The position numbers and the translations under genes were made by a program. Positions 51,001-61,876 of a stretch of DNA of 64,000 bases are shown piece after piece. The first letter of the stretch is position 1; each line of letters starts with the position of its first letter. The DNA is from Selaginella moellendorffii (taxonomy: Eukaryota; Plantae; Lycopodiophyta): positions 1,611,718 to 1,675,717 of the forward strand of contig NW_003314286.1 in NCBI RefSeq assembly GCF_000143415.4, read 5' to 3'. The notes under the pieces were generated by a model. It did no database searches, had not been told where the DNA came from, and saw only the letters and a list, made by a program, of their open reading frames with translations.

Positions 51001-51716
51001 CACATTTCTCAGATCGACAACCTTGTTCGTCCAATCACAATGGATACAGGATCCAATGTCCTGATGGATCTTCTTTGGTAAGCTGGGCGGTTCTGTCATC
51101 TTCAAGCGCCTGACTTGTGTTTGACAGGTCCGATCCAACTGAGAACGACAGCATCCAAGGCATTCAACCAAACGCTCGTGGACCAGGCCTGGTTACGTTT
51201 GGCGTAAGTAACTCTCGATTGGAACAAAACTTGCTCATGGAGTCATCGTGGTTTTGCAGCCGGACAGAGTGATGGACTTCTGCAATAACAACAACCTGGA
51301 CTTGATCATCAGAGCGCACGAATGCGTGATGGATGGGTTTGAACGATTCGCCCAGGGGCACCTGATAACTCTCTTCTCTGCGACAAACTACTGCGGTTAG
51401 TCCGTCAATCGTCTCTTTTGCGTGGCCTTTGAGCGTTTCGAGCTCTTGCAGGCACGGCCAACAATGCGGGAGCGCTCTTGGTCCTCGGGAGAGACCTCGT
51501 CGTTGTGCCAAAACTGATCCATCCATTGCCTCCGTTCGACGAGGACGAGATGGACGTGACATGGATGCAGGTGAGAAGAAACGAGATGAAAAGCTTGGCA
51601 ATGACGACATGGTTTTGTGTGTATGATCTCAGGAGTTGAATGCCCAGAGGCCGCCGACGCCAACGAGAGGAAGACCGCCGTCTGTGGCGGATCGAAGCTC
51701 TCTGGCTTACATCTAA
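48001..51716 (+). CDS. BSL: Kelch-repeat Ser/Thr protein phosphatase (BSU1/BSL, PPKL family), ~20 exons
   Basis: [10 protein letters not shown]; [13 protein letters not shown]; PGPRYGHVM; VRLHHRA; RQLS; GDIHGQ; GDYVDRG; RGNHE; IIRAHEC; SATNYCG; [10 protein letters not shown]...SLAYI*. Confidence 0.95.
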
Positions 51717-51864
51717 CGTGTAGTTTGTATCGTCGTTTGGTTTCGTCCCTGTACATTCCAGATGGATTAGTTCTCCAACTGTTTTACAAATTCTTTCAAA
51801 GTGCAGTGTTATAGCATAAACGAACAAATAAAAAACTTCAAAACTTCGAAAGATAACGTCTAAG

Positions 51865-51936
51865 ATCAGAGTGGCGCAACGGAGGCGTGGTGGGCCCATA
51901 ACCCACAGGTCGGAGGATCGAAACCTCCCTCTGATA
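51865..51936 (+). tRNA. trnM-i: Cytosolic initiator tRNA-Met(CAT)
   Basis: A1:U72 (ATCAGAG/CTCTGAT-A); three G:C pairs in the anticodon stem (GTGGG-CCCATAA-CCCAC); T loop ATCGAAA. Confidence 0.96.
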
Positions 51937-52060
51937 ATTTGACAGTTTTAACTTTTCGACCTTTAAAAACTATCAAAATACACACTATCCGAAAAAATTC
52001 ACAAAAAGTATTTCTACCGCTTGGAAATATTCTTATCGTATCCACAGGTTTTAGGGCGGC

Positions 52061-52467
52061 ATGGCGATGGCAGTGGGAGTGTTGCGGCTCGCAAGCCCAG
52101 TGCTGCCCCAGCAGCAGTCGATAGCCGTGGTGCCCATGGCTCACACTGGCCGGAAAACCAGGAAGGGCGCCAAGATAATGAAGTCGATCTACTCGCCTGC
52201 GGGGTTTAACATCCGGCGCATCCGACTGCGAAAGAAATGGAGCGAAAATCCCCCTCCCACCGACGCCCCCGCGTCGTCGAAATCGCCCAGGCCTTCGCCC
52301 AAGTCCGCCCGAGCCAGCCCAGACAAATGTAAGTGCCAAACCACCACTTCTTTCGTCAAATTCCAACAAATTCGTGTGTTACAGCAGCAGAGACAGCAGT
52401 CGCGACCCCGGAAGCAAGCCCAGAAGCGGCAGAGGCAACGACTGCAACTGCATCGAGCGAGGCTTAG
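52061..52467 (+). CDS. Small basic protein with a transit-peptide-like N-terminus and an Ala/Glu/Thr-rich tail, 2 exons, unknown function
   Basis: ATGGCG start after TTTAGGGC; GC-rich coding-like stretch; intron 52329 (GTAAGT) to 52384 (CAG); spliced stop TAG at 52465-52467. Confidence 0.65.
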
Positions 52468-54649
52468 CCATTCCCTTGTTTTTAGGGTTCTTCGCGAGAA
52501 CCGTCCATCAATTCGTAAAAACAAAAAATCTCTATCCACATGAGAGCAGTAGTTGGGCTCTACTCTGAGATCGAACGCTCCAGCGGATGATAGGGCCGTG
52601 GAATACAAAGTTCCCCTCCACCGACACTGCCAGCCTTGAATTTCAGAGGCTCAATCTCTCTCTTAGTAGCTTCATCCAGTAAAGGAATTGCCTCTTGAAG
52701 CCTCCTATTTTCCATTGAACCACTCCAAAGTTATAAATGTTGTTCTTGTGTAAGTTGGCTCTTAGTCCCAATAGCCCTGCCTAGATCTGCAAAAAACATC
52801 ATCAGAGGATAAAAAAAGAAGTTTTTGGTTGGAACTTTTGAAATAAGAGTTTTTTAGATGGGACTTTTGTGTTTTAAGCTAAAATTTGCATAAAATATAG
52901 CTTTACATTGTTGTACTTTATATTATTTATCCATTAAATATAATATTGTAATTGAAAACTTTTGGAGCATAAAATAATGTTAAACTTTAAAATTATAGTC
53001 ATAAAAAATACTATTAACAAATAAATTCTTAAAAAGTTTTTATTAGCCATATTTTATATAATATATTTTTTAAAAAAAGTTCTTATTAGTAAAAGGAAGC
53101 ATTTAGTGAAATTTTGGAAATGTTTTAAAAAATAGTTGGAAAGAATATAAACTTTTAAAATATAATTTTATTTATATATAATTTATTATGAAGTTTTATT
53201 TTTAAATGGTAGCTTTATTTCTTTTTTGTTTTGACACATTTTTCAGAAACTTGAAGCTAAAACAAATTTAATAACAGCTTTTTATATATGTATTTGTATC
53301 AAAATGTAAAAATTTCTAATAGTAGTATTAGGTTTCTTACTTTAGATAAAATATATGGGGTTTTTTCAAAGATTATTGTTGATAAAAAAAATATTTTGAT
53401 GGAAACTTAAATAACATTATGATATAAGGTAGCATTTTATTGTAACAAATAAAAATAAAAATATTATATTATAAATTTACATAATAAATATGAGTAAGTA
53501 TGATATAGTTTTATTAATATATATATACAATTTGTAATAGAGTACTTCTCATTCAACCCCAAAATGAGAAGTGCTCTTAAATTAAACTTCATGCTATAAT
53601 TTACCCCAGAGTTTTAAGTTTTCTCCATTACTCCCAATCAACAATTTACCATTTGCACATCTCTGACACTTATAATAAACTTGATGAACCACTTCTCATA
53701 CCTTACTTGAAGTGGTAGCATTCTTCACCATCAAAACATCCTCAAACCTAACTCACTCAATCAAAATTGAGGTGATATAAACATCCTTGAAGTCCTCTAC
53801 ATGCATTTGTATCTCAATTGTTATTCTGGGGACAACTTCCCAAATTCTACTTCATTCAACTATGATTGCAACAACTCCTTTCCAATGACTAACCCAAGAA
53901 CCTTCTTTATTTCAACTTTGTCTCAACAATTGAGACCCATCTAAAAGCATTCTTATGTGACGAAAGAAGCTTTGATCCCTTAGATCCACTAGATTTCCTT
54001 ATCACTTAAAGATCAGTGTCCCTCGTAGTCACACCTTTTAATGGCAACCTCTCAACCCCCTTCCAACCTCCTCACCAATTAAAGCACCGCCTTAAGAAAT
54101 ACTTAATTCTCTATATTGATCAAAAGGATACAACTTGCCTCCATAAGTCCAACAGAAGACTTAGATTCCTGTGAGTTGCTTCTGTAGTCGTTTGCAAAGA
54201 ACTGGATCTAAAAAAGCCTTGATTTCTTTGTGTTTTAACAGATTAAATTCAAACAGATGCATTAAGAATTGAATGATCTCTCAGAGAACAATCGCTCTTG
54301 AGAACTCCCCTGCTCTTTCCTTGTAAATTAGATCAATTTCTTGTTTTCTTTTTCACAGGTGGTAAGTTGTAGAAAAGCTTTCTCATAGATTAGTTTTAAC
54401 TTGTAATATCAAATCTGCCAGAAGAGAGAAATTCTCATGTGAGCATGATCATAACCTACAGGGTTACGAGATCGCCTATTACGGGCTGTAGTCGTCCCTG
54501 CAAATCTCCTGAATCCTGGAAGGAAGAAATGTTTGTAAGAAGTTTATGATCTATAGAGATTATAAATCATGAGAACTCACAAGCTTATAAGTATAAATTA
54601 CATATCGTAAAGCACTGATTCCAAATTACATGCACACCCATCTTCTCAT

Positions 54650-56668
54650 ATGGAGGCACTGGATGGATTGAACTCGGTACAACAGCAGGGTCTCTCCCGG
54701 GGTCTCGATTCCTCAGAGAAAACCGCAAGTTTTGTGAGGCTTCTCCAGCAGCATGGAGACCAGAAATCGCTGTCAGCCGGGAGGCATCTTCACTCTCAGG
54801 TGGCAAGAGCAGGACTAGACAGAGACACATACCTTGGAAATCTCATTGTGAGAATGTATAGCAAGTGTGGAAGCCTCGATGACGCTCGCCAAGCATTCGA
54901 GAGGATTCATCGCCCGGACTCTGTCTCCTGGAACAGCATCATGGCCGCTTATATAAAGTGCGGGGAGATCGAGCAAGCCAGACGGGTGTTTGATTCCATG
55001 CCCAGAAAGAGCATCGTCTCGTGGAATGCGATTATTGTTGCATATGCCCAGACTAGTCATATGGAGATTGCAAAAGGCTTGTTTGACGCGGCACCTTGTA
55101 AAGACGTGGCTACGTGGAACGGTATCTTGACAGGATATGCGGACAATGGTCTTGTGAGCGATGCGAAGAATATTTTCGACAAGATGCCGGAGAGAAATGT
55201 AGTGTCGTGGAATGCTTTGATTGCAGCATTGGCCAAGAACTGGCATTTTGACAAAGCGTTCGCGGCATTTGCGAGGATGGACGTCCAGCCCAACGCGGTG
55301 ACGTTTGTGACGGTGCTGGACGCGTGCGTCGGCGCCGGGGCCACGGGTGGGGGACTGGCTGCCGGCCGTCACGTCTTCGCTCGCGCCACGGCCATGGGAA
55401 TGGTGGGCGCCGAGATCAAAGTGGGCAACGCGCTCGTCAACATGTTTGCCAAGTGCGGCAGCCTCGAGGACGCCAGGGCGACGTTCGATCTCATGCCCCG
55501 GAAGAACGCCCGGTCTTCCACGATCATGATCGCCGCGCTGGGTAGCTTTGGGCGATTGGAGGAGGCGCGATCGCTGCTAGATTCCATGGAGATCAAGACG
55601 CTCTTCGCGTGGAATGCGATGATCAGCGCTTATGCCCAGGCCGGCCGCGCGCGCGACGCCCTAGAGACGTTCGAGCGCATGGACGTGGAGCCCGACTCCA
55701 TCACATTCATCGGCGTATTAGAGGCCGCCAGCTGGACGGCTGACCTAAGCACCGGCCTCCACGCACACGCCAGCATGGCACGGTGTGGCATCCACGTAGA
55801 CACCCACGTGGGCAACGCGCTGGTTAACATGTATGGTAAGTGCGGCAGCGTGGCGCACGCCAGGGAGGCGTTTGAGGCGGTGCGTGACAAGAACGTGGTG
55901 ACCTGGACGTGCATGATATCGGTGTATGCCCAGAACCGGCATGCCAGCGCGGCATTCCGGACGTTCCAGCTCATGGACCTCCACGGTGTCGCGTCCAACG
56001 AGGTGACGCTCGCTAACGTGGCAGACGCATGCGCCGAGCTGGCTGAGTTCCCTGGCATGGCCAAGGCCGTACACGAGGTGGCCATGGAGTTGGAGCTAGA
56101 CCGCGATGTGGTTCTTGGGAGCGCGCTTGTTACCATGCACGGCAAGTGTGGCAATCTCGGCGCCGCGCGGCGGGCATTCGATCGGATCGAGCGGCGGAAT
56201 CTCGTCTCCTGGACGGCGATGATCGCGGCGCTGGCCGAGAATGGGGATCGCGAGGGCGCCTGGGATCTCTTCCGGGCGATGGAGCTGGAAGGGATCGAGC
56301 CGGACGAGGTGTGCTTCATGGGAGTCCTGGCGGCGTGCAAGAACGCGGGCGAGATCCAGAGCGGATTCGAGTATTTCCAGTCCATGACCGAGGATTACAG
56401 CATGGATCCATCGCCGGGGCACTATACCTTCTTGATCGATCTGCTAGCGCGATCCGGGAAGCTGGAGCTCGCCGAGGATCTGATCCGAGGCATGCCATTC
56501 GAGCCCCAGGCGTGGACGTGGACGTCCCTGCTGGGGGCTTGCAAGATCCACTGGGACGAGCGGCGTGGGGCGATGGCGGCGCAGCGCGCGCTGGTGATCG
56601 ATCCGCGCAGGACGGCGGCGTATGTGATCCTCTCCGATATTTGCGGCAAGAACAGTGTGGGAGTATAA
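54650..56668 (+). CDS. PLS-E class PPR protein, no DYW, intronless
   Basis: MYSKCGS/MYGKCGS motifs; P-L-S triplets following a short S array; HYTFLIDLLARSG; WTSLLGAC; AYVILSD. Confidence 0.93.
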   Translation: MEALDGLNSVQQQGLSRGLDSSEKTASFVRLLQQHGDQKSLSAGRHLHSQVARAGLDRDTYLGNLIVRMYSKCGSLDDARQAFERIHRPDSVSWNSIMAAYIKCGEIEQARRVFDSMPRKSIVSWNAIIVAYAQTSHMEIAKGLFDAAPCKDVATWNGILTGYADNGLVSDAKNIFDKMPERNVVSWNALIAALAKNWHFDKAFAAFARMDVQPNAVTFVTVLDACVGAGATGGGLAAGRHVFARATAMGMVGAEIKVGNALVNMFAKCGSLEDARATFDLMPRKNARSSTIMIAALGSFGRLEEARSLLDSMEIKTLFAWNAMISAYAQAGRARDALETFERMDVEPDSITFIGVLEAASWTADLSTGLHAHASMARCGIHVDTHVGNALVNMYGKCGSVAHAREAFEAVRDKNVVTWTCMISVYAQNRHASAAFRTFQLMDLHGVASNEVTLANVADACAELAEFPGMAKAVHEVAMELELDRDVVLGSALVTMHGKCGNLGAARRAFDRIERRNLVSWTAMIAALAENGDREGAWDLFRAMELEGIEPDEVCFMGVLAACKNAGEIQSGFEYFQSMTEDYSMDPSPGHYTFLIDLLARSGKLELAEDLIRGMPFEPQAWTWTSLLGACKIHWDERRGAMAAQRALVIDPRRTAAYVILSDICGKNSVGV

Positions 56669-56751
56669 AGAACAGAAAGGGGGGCCAGGAAATATTTAGG
56701 GTTTGTGCCCTTCTTCCTCTTTCTTGTTTTGGCGCTCGATCGATCGCAGCG

Positions 56752-58205
56752 ATGGTGAGCCGCTTTGCTACTCTCTATGTGTTCTAACCCGTGCTCTTCC
56801 ATGGCAGAGTGGATCGCCAAGGCGTGGCGGAAGAAGGTACTCCTTTTCTCCTCTTCTTTCTCTCCGCGCCTAGGTTTTCTTACGCCCGCGCTTCTTTCTC
56901 AGGTACTCGTATTCTCCATCGCCTCGGAGAGGGCGCTCCAGGTCGAGGAGCCCGCCACATTGCAGAAGGTATCACTCGCTCGTTCTTTCTTTCTTGTTTT
57001 CTTGCTTTTCTCTTTGTTGTGGCTAAGTAATGCACAGCAGCTATAGGAGCGATGGCCGCGACAAGGACGACGAGATCTCGTGCAATCCCGGAAACAATCT
57101 CTACGTTACTGGGCTCTCGACTCGAGTGACTGAGAAGGACCTCGAGGACTATTTCTCGAAAGAAGGCAAGGTAAACGTTATGCTTTTTCGATTTTGGTGG
57201 GATGAGTTTTGATTTGTTCTTGGTTTTTGAGTTCCAGGTAGTGGAATGCAGGCTTGTGGTGGATCCTCGAAGTCATGAATCGAGGGGGTTTGGGTTTGTG
57301 GCACTAGAATCTCTGGACGATGCGGAACGCTGCATAAAACGTTTGCACCACTCCAATCTCGAGGGCCGGATCATCACAGTTGAAAAGGTACTCTACTCCA
57401 AGCCGTGATGCTTCTCCAAAAATGGTGGTCACGATTGATCAATCAACCGCTTCTTCCCTGCTCAAAAAACAATCACCACTTGCATCAACCAATCAGTTCA
57501 TCTCAACAGCTGCTCCGAATGATCCTCCCGAGCACTCTAGCACTCTAGCCAAAAACTTCAAGCTTGTTGGTGGTCTCCTCAGCAAGCTCAGCTCCAGCTC
57601 CTTCCATAAACATCTAAACAAAGCCATAGCTGCATCGAGTGGCCTCAACAGCAATAGCTCTTCCCTATATCAAACTCTTCTGCAACTTTCACGTCCCTCC
57701 GGTGTTTGAAGGTTGGCTTGATCTGACTAGTTCTCTCGAAAGTTTTAGTTTTTTCTTTTTCCTCTTTACAATCTAACAACGCGATTCTCTCTTTGTTCTT
57801 CAGGCCAGGAGGAGCCGAGCGAGAACCCCGACGCCCGGCAAGTACCTCGGAAGTAGAAGTGAGTACCAAAAAAAAGCTTTTCTTTTCATTTTAAGTTCTA
57901 CTCGAACGTTGGCGGTCTGATTCGAACGAAAACTGTCAGCTGCAGCAGGCGGTGGAGGACGATCTCACGGACGCCGACACGACGATCGAGACCACCGCGA
58001 CGATTACTACCGCGCTGGCAATGGCGGTGGCGGCGGCTACCACCGAAGGTCACCGCGGTACTCACCGTACAGGAGGTCGCCGCGGTACTCGCCATACCGC
58101 GACTATGATCGCTCGTACTCGCCGCCGCCGTACCGGCACCGCAGGGAGTACGACCGGTCCCCGCCGAGTTACCGGCGCTCGCCTCCATCGTATTACCATA
58201 GGTGA
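56752..58205 (+). CDS. SR45a: SR45a/TRA2-like splicing factor (RS-RRM-RS), multi-exon
   Basis: ATG|GTGAG first exon; NPGNNLYVTGLSTRVTEKDL; SRGFGFV; ITVEK|ARRSRARTPTPGKYLG; RSPRYSPY repeats; TGA at 58203-58205. Confidence 0.92.
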
Positions 58206-58366
58206 AAAGTTGGAAGTTGTAAGAAAATTACTAGGGTAAACATTAGGGAAATTTCTAGGGTTTATGGACTATGCGGGATTTCCGCGGCATTTGTTCGTCG
58301 GGATTTCCATAGCGCGAATTGAATGGCGATTTGCGAAGAAGAGCCATCGCCATCGCTCCTCCTGAG

Positions 58367-61300
58367 ATGATCAGGAAACAAGTATGGGGGCGGGGAGTGG
58401 CGATCGATCGCGGCGTGGAGGCGTCGCTGGCGGCGCTAGAGAGCAGCTACTCCCAGGAGCCGCTCAACGTGTACGCGTCGCTGATCCGGCAGTGCGGCGA
58501 CGCGCGCGCGTACCTGGACGGCCGCAAAATCCATCGCCATCTCGAGAAGAAGGGGTATGCCAAGAACAGCACTCTCGTCAATTGCCTCATCCAGATGTAT
58601 GGCAAATGCGGGCAGCTCGAGGACGCGCTGGGCGTCTTCGAATCCTCGGACAGGAGCGAGCACTCGTGGAGCACCATCATCGGCGCCTTCGCCAAGAACG
58701 GGAGGAAGAAGGAGGCGTTGGATCTCTACAGGAGATTCAGGGGCGAGGGCGCGCGGCCTAGCGGGAGCTCGGTGCTCATCAGCGCCATGGCGGCTTGCAG
58801 CTGCCCGGATGATCTTGCCGAGGGGCGGGAGATCCACAGGGCTATCGTCTCCGCTGGATGGCTGCGCAGATCATCGGACAAGGTCTCAGACACCATCCTG
58901 GAGACCGCGGTGTTTAGCATGTACGCGAGGTGTGGCAGCATGGACGAGGCACGGGAGATCTTCGATCGAGTGCCGGACAAGGACGTGGTGTGCTACACGA
59001 TCATGATCTCGGCGTATGCCCAGAAGGGGTATCACAGGGAAGCGCTCGAGCTCTACGAGGAGATGGACGAGCGTGGAGTGGATCCCAACGACAAGACCTT
59101 TGCGTGCGTTCTCTCGGCTTGCGCGGGGCTCAAGGACATGGAGAGAGGGAAGAAGGTCCACAGGAGGATCCGGGAGAGCGTCGCTCGCGTCGACACCGTG
59201 CTCCAGAACGCGCTGCTCAACCTGTATGCCAAGTGTGGGGATTTGGAGGAGTCGCGGAGGATCTTCGAGGCGATGGAGAGGAGGACGGTGGCGACTTGGA
59301 ACACGATGATCACGGCTTACGTCCAGCACGATTTCTTCCAAGAGGCGCTGGAGGCTTTTCGCCGGATGGACGCACCACCCAGCTCCATCACTTTCACGTC
59401 GGTTCTCGGGGCCTGCTGCTCCCCCGACGATCTGGAAACTGGTAAAGCCATTCACAGGCAGATTGGTGCTAGTTCTCCGCAGATTCAAGCTGACGAGATT
59501 TTGCAGAACTCGCTCGTCACCATGTATGGGAAGTGTGGGAGCCTGGAGGACGCGGAGAGGGTGTTCCATGGGATTCGTAGGAAGAACGCTTTCTCGTGGA
59601 CTGCGATGATCACGGCTTACGCGCAGAATGGATATGAAAGGAGAGCGATCGAGGTATTTGGTGATATGATGTCGGAGGGAAGGGTGGAACCGGATCCTAT
59701 AACTTACGCTGGCGTTCTCACTGCTTGCAGTACTCTCGGCGACTTGGAAACCGGTATGAGGATTCACGCGTTGATACGTTCCAAAGGAGTGGAGTCCGCC
59801 ATGGTTTCGACTGGGCTGATAGACTTATATGGAAAGTGGGGTTTCTTCGAGGACGCATTACAGGTTTTCGAGAGCGTTCGAGACAGGGACGTGGTTATCT
59901 GGACTGCCTTTATCGCCGCGTGTGTCTACCACGGACAGTCGGGTTTTGCTCTCGAGCTATTCAGAAAGATGGAAGCGGAAGGCTTACAGGCAAATAACGT
60001 TACTTTCTCCAAGATTCTTGCTGCTTGCAGCAACTTGGAAGACTTTGAGACAGGGAAAACCATCGAAGACCGCATATACACGTTGGGCCTAGAATATGAC
60101 GATGTTCTTCAAGATGGGATACTGTCCTTGCACGCCAGGTGTGGGAGTTTGGTCGGGACCAGAGAAATGTTCGACCGGATGCCGCACAGAACCGTAGTAA
60201 CGTGGACAACTATGATAGCAGCTTACAACCAACGGGGGTACTCTATGGAGGCACTCGAACTCTACCACTGTATGGACATTGAGCCGGACGACATCGCTCT
60301 CTCAAACGTTCTCCAGGCGTGTAGCAGGCTTAAAAACTTGGAGCAAGGCAGGGCAGTCCATTCACGTATTGCCTCGAGGGACTTTGAGCCGAGCTTGATG
60401 GTTCAGACGCTGCTGGTCGACATGTACGTGAAGTGTGGGGATCTGGCTGAAGCAAGGAGAACATTTGACGGGTTCAAAGCGAGGGACGTGATCTCTTGGA
60501 CGTCGCTCATCACAGCCTACAGCCACGAGAACTTTGGACGGGAGGCGCTGGAAGTGTTTCACAGCATGGAGTTAGAAGGCGTGGAGCCAAACAGCATCAC
60601 CTTTTGTACCGTCATAGATGCTTGCTCGAGGCTGAGCTCGCTTCTTCCTGGCAGAGCTCTTCATTCGCGCGTTGTTGCGACTGGTCACATTTCGGATGAG
60701 TTCGTCGGGAACGCACTCGTCAGCATGTACTCCAAGTTCGGCCGCGTAGACTTCGCAAGGGTGGTTTTCGACAGCATTCCGGTGAAGAGATATCCGTCCT
60801 GGCGCGTGATGCTGGTGGCCTTGACACAAAACGGCCACTCTCACGAGGCTCTAGAGATGTACAGCCGGATACACCTGGAAGGTTTCCGGCCCGGGAGTCC
60901 GATCTTCTCCGCAGCTTTGGTCTCATGCACGGCTCTCGAGGACGTGAGCAGAGCCCGGGCGATTCACGGCGTGATCAAGTCGAGTGACTTCTATCCAGAC
61001 CTCGTCCTCAGCAACGTCTTGATGAACGTCTACGCCAAGTGTGGAGAGCTGGAGGAAGCCCGGCTGGTCTTCGACCAGATGACAGAAAAGAACGAGGTCT
61101 CCTGGACGACAATGATCGGCGGCTACGCGCAAAACGGCCGTCCAGCGGAAGCTCTAGAGCTCTACAAAGCCATGGACGTCCAGCCGAACTTCATCGCGTT
61201 TGTGCCGGTTATAAGCTCCTGCGCAGACCTGGGTGCGCTCGTCGAAGGCCAGAGAGTCCACGCGCGGCTCTCAGACGCAGGCCTCCAGAACAACGAAGTG

Positions 61301-61876
61301 ATCGTCACCGCGCTCGTCAACATGTACGCCAAGTGTGGCAAGCTCGGGCTCGCGAGGGAGTTCTTCGACAGCACCTATTGCCCGGACGCCGGCGCGTGGA
61401 ACTCCATGGCGACTGCCTACGCTCAGTTCGGCCACGGCAGCCAGGTGCTGGAGCTCTACCGGGAGATGTGCTTGCAAGGCGTCCAGCCCAACGGGATCAC
61501 GCTCCTCAGCGTTCTGGTGGCTTGCAGCCATATGGGAATGCTGGAGGAGTGCGAGCACCGCTTCGAGTGCATGGTCGCGGACCACGGCATTGCTCCAACG
61601 TCGGAGCACTACTCGTGCATGACAGACTTGCTGGGGAGGTCAGGGAGGCTGGAAGAAGCCGAGAAGGTGGTGAAGATGGCGAGCGGCGAGTCCGGCAGCG
61701 AAGCGGCCAGTCCGGTGGCTGTGTCGGCGTGGATGAGCTTCCTGGGAGCTTGCAAGACGCACAACGACTGGGGTAGAGCGGCGGGGGCGGCGGAGAAGCT
61801 GTACGAGCTGGATCCGGAGGACTCGGCTCCTTACGTGCTTCTTTCGCAGACTTACAGCCCACGGGCAAAGAAGTGA
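58367..61876 (+). CDS. Very long PLS-E class PPR protein (~1170 aa), no DYW, intronless
   Basis: About ten P-L-S triplets (MYAKCG...); HYSCMTDLLGRSG; WMSFLGAC; PYVLLS. First ATG at 58367. Confidence 0.94.
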   Translation: MIRKQVWGRGVAIDRGVEASLAALESSYSQEPLNVYASLIRQCGDARAYLDGRKIHRHLEKKGYAKNSTLVNCLIQMYGKCGQLEDALGVFESSDRSEHSWSTIIGAFAKNGRKKEALDLYRRFRGEGARPSGSSVLISAMAACSCPDDLAEGREIHRAIVSAGWLRRSSDKVSDTILETAVFSMYARCGSMDEAREIFDRVPDKDVVCYTIMISAYAQKGYHREALELYEEMDERGVDPNDKTFACVLSACAGLKDMERGKKVHRRIRESVARVDTVLQNALLNLYAKCGDLEESRRIFEAMERRTVATWNTMITAYVQHDFFQEALEAFRRMDAPPSSITFTSVLGACCSPDDLETGKAIHRQIGASSPQIQADEILQNSLVTMYGKCGSLEDAERVFHGIRRKNAFSWTAMITAYAQNGYERRAIEVFGDMMSEGRVEPDPITYAGVLTACSTLGDLETGMRIHALIRSKGVESAMVSTGLIDLYGKWGFFEDALQVFESVRDRDVVIWTAFIAACVYHGQSGFALELFRKMEAEGLQANNVTFSKILAACSNLEDFETGKTIEDRIYTLGLEYDDVLQDGILSLHARCGSLVGTREMFDRMPHRTVVTWTTMIAAYNQRGYSMEALELYHCMDIEPDDIALSNVLQACSRLKNLEQGRAVHSRIASRDFEPSLMVQTLLVDMYVKCGDLAEARRTFDGFKARDVISWTSLITAYSHENFGREALEVFHSMELEGVEPNSITFCTVIDACSRLSSLLPGRALHSRVVATGHISDEFVGNALVSMYSKFGRVDFARVVFDSIPVKRYPSWRVMLVALTQNGHSHEALEMYSRIHLEGFRPGSPIFSAALVSCTALEDVSRARAIHGVIKSSDFYPDLVLSNVLMNVYAKCGELEEARLVFDQMTEKNEVSWTTMIGGYAQNGRPAEALELYKAMDVQPNFIAFVPVISSCADLGALVEGQRVHARLSDAGLQNNEVIVTALVNMYAKCGKLGLAREFFDSTYCPDAGAWNSMATAYAQFGHGSQVLELYREMCLQGVQPNGITLLSVLVACSHMGMLEECEHRFECMVADHGIAPTSEHYSCMTDLLGRSGRLEEAEKVVKMASGESGSEAASPVAVSAWMSFLGACKTHNDWGRAAGAAEKLYELDPEDSAPYVLLSQTYSPRAKK

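Noticed and set aside
57380-57709. 109-aa Ser-rich ORF in the SR45a intron
   Set aside because: Non-ATG start and no family signal; better explained as intron or poison-exon sequence.
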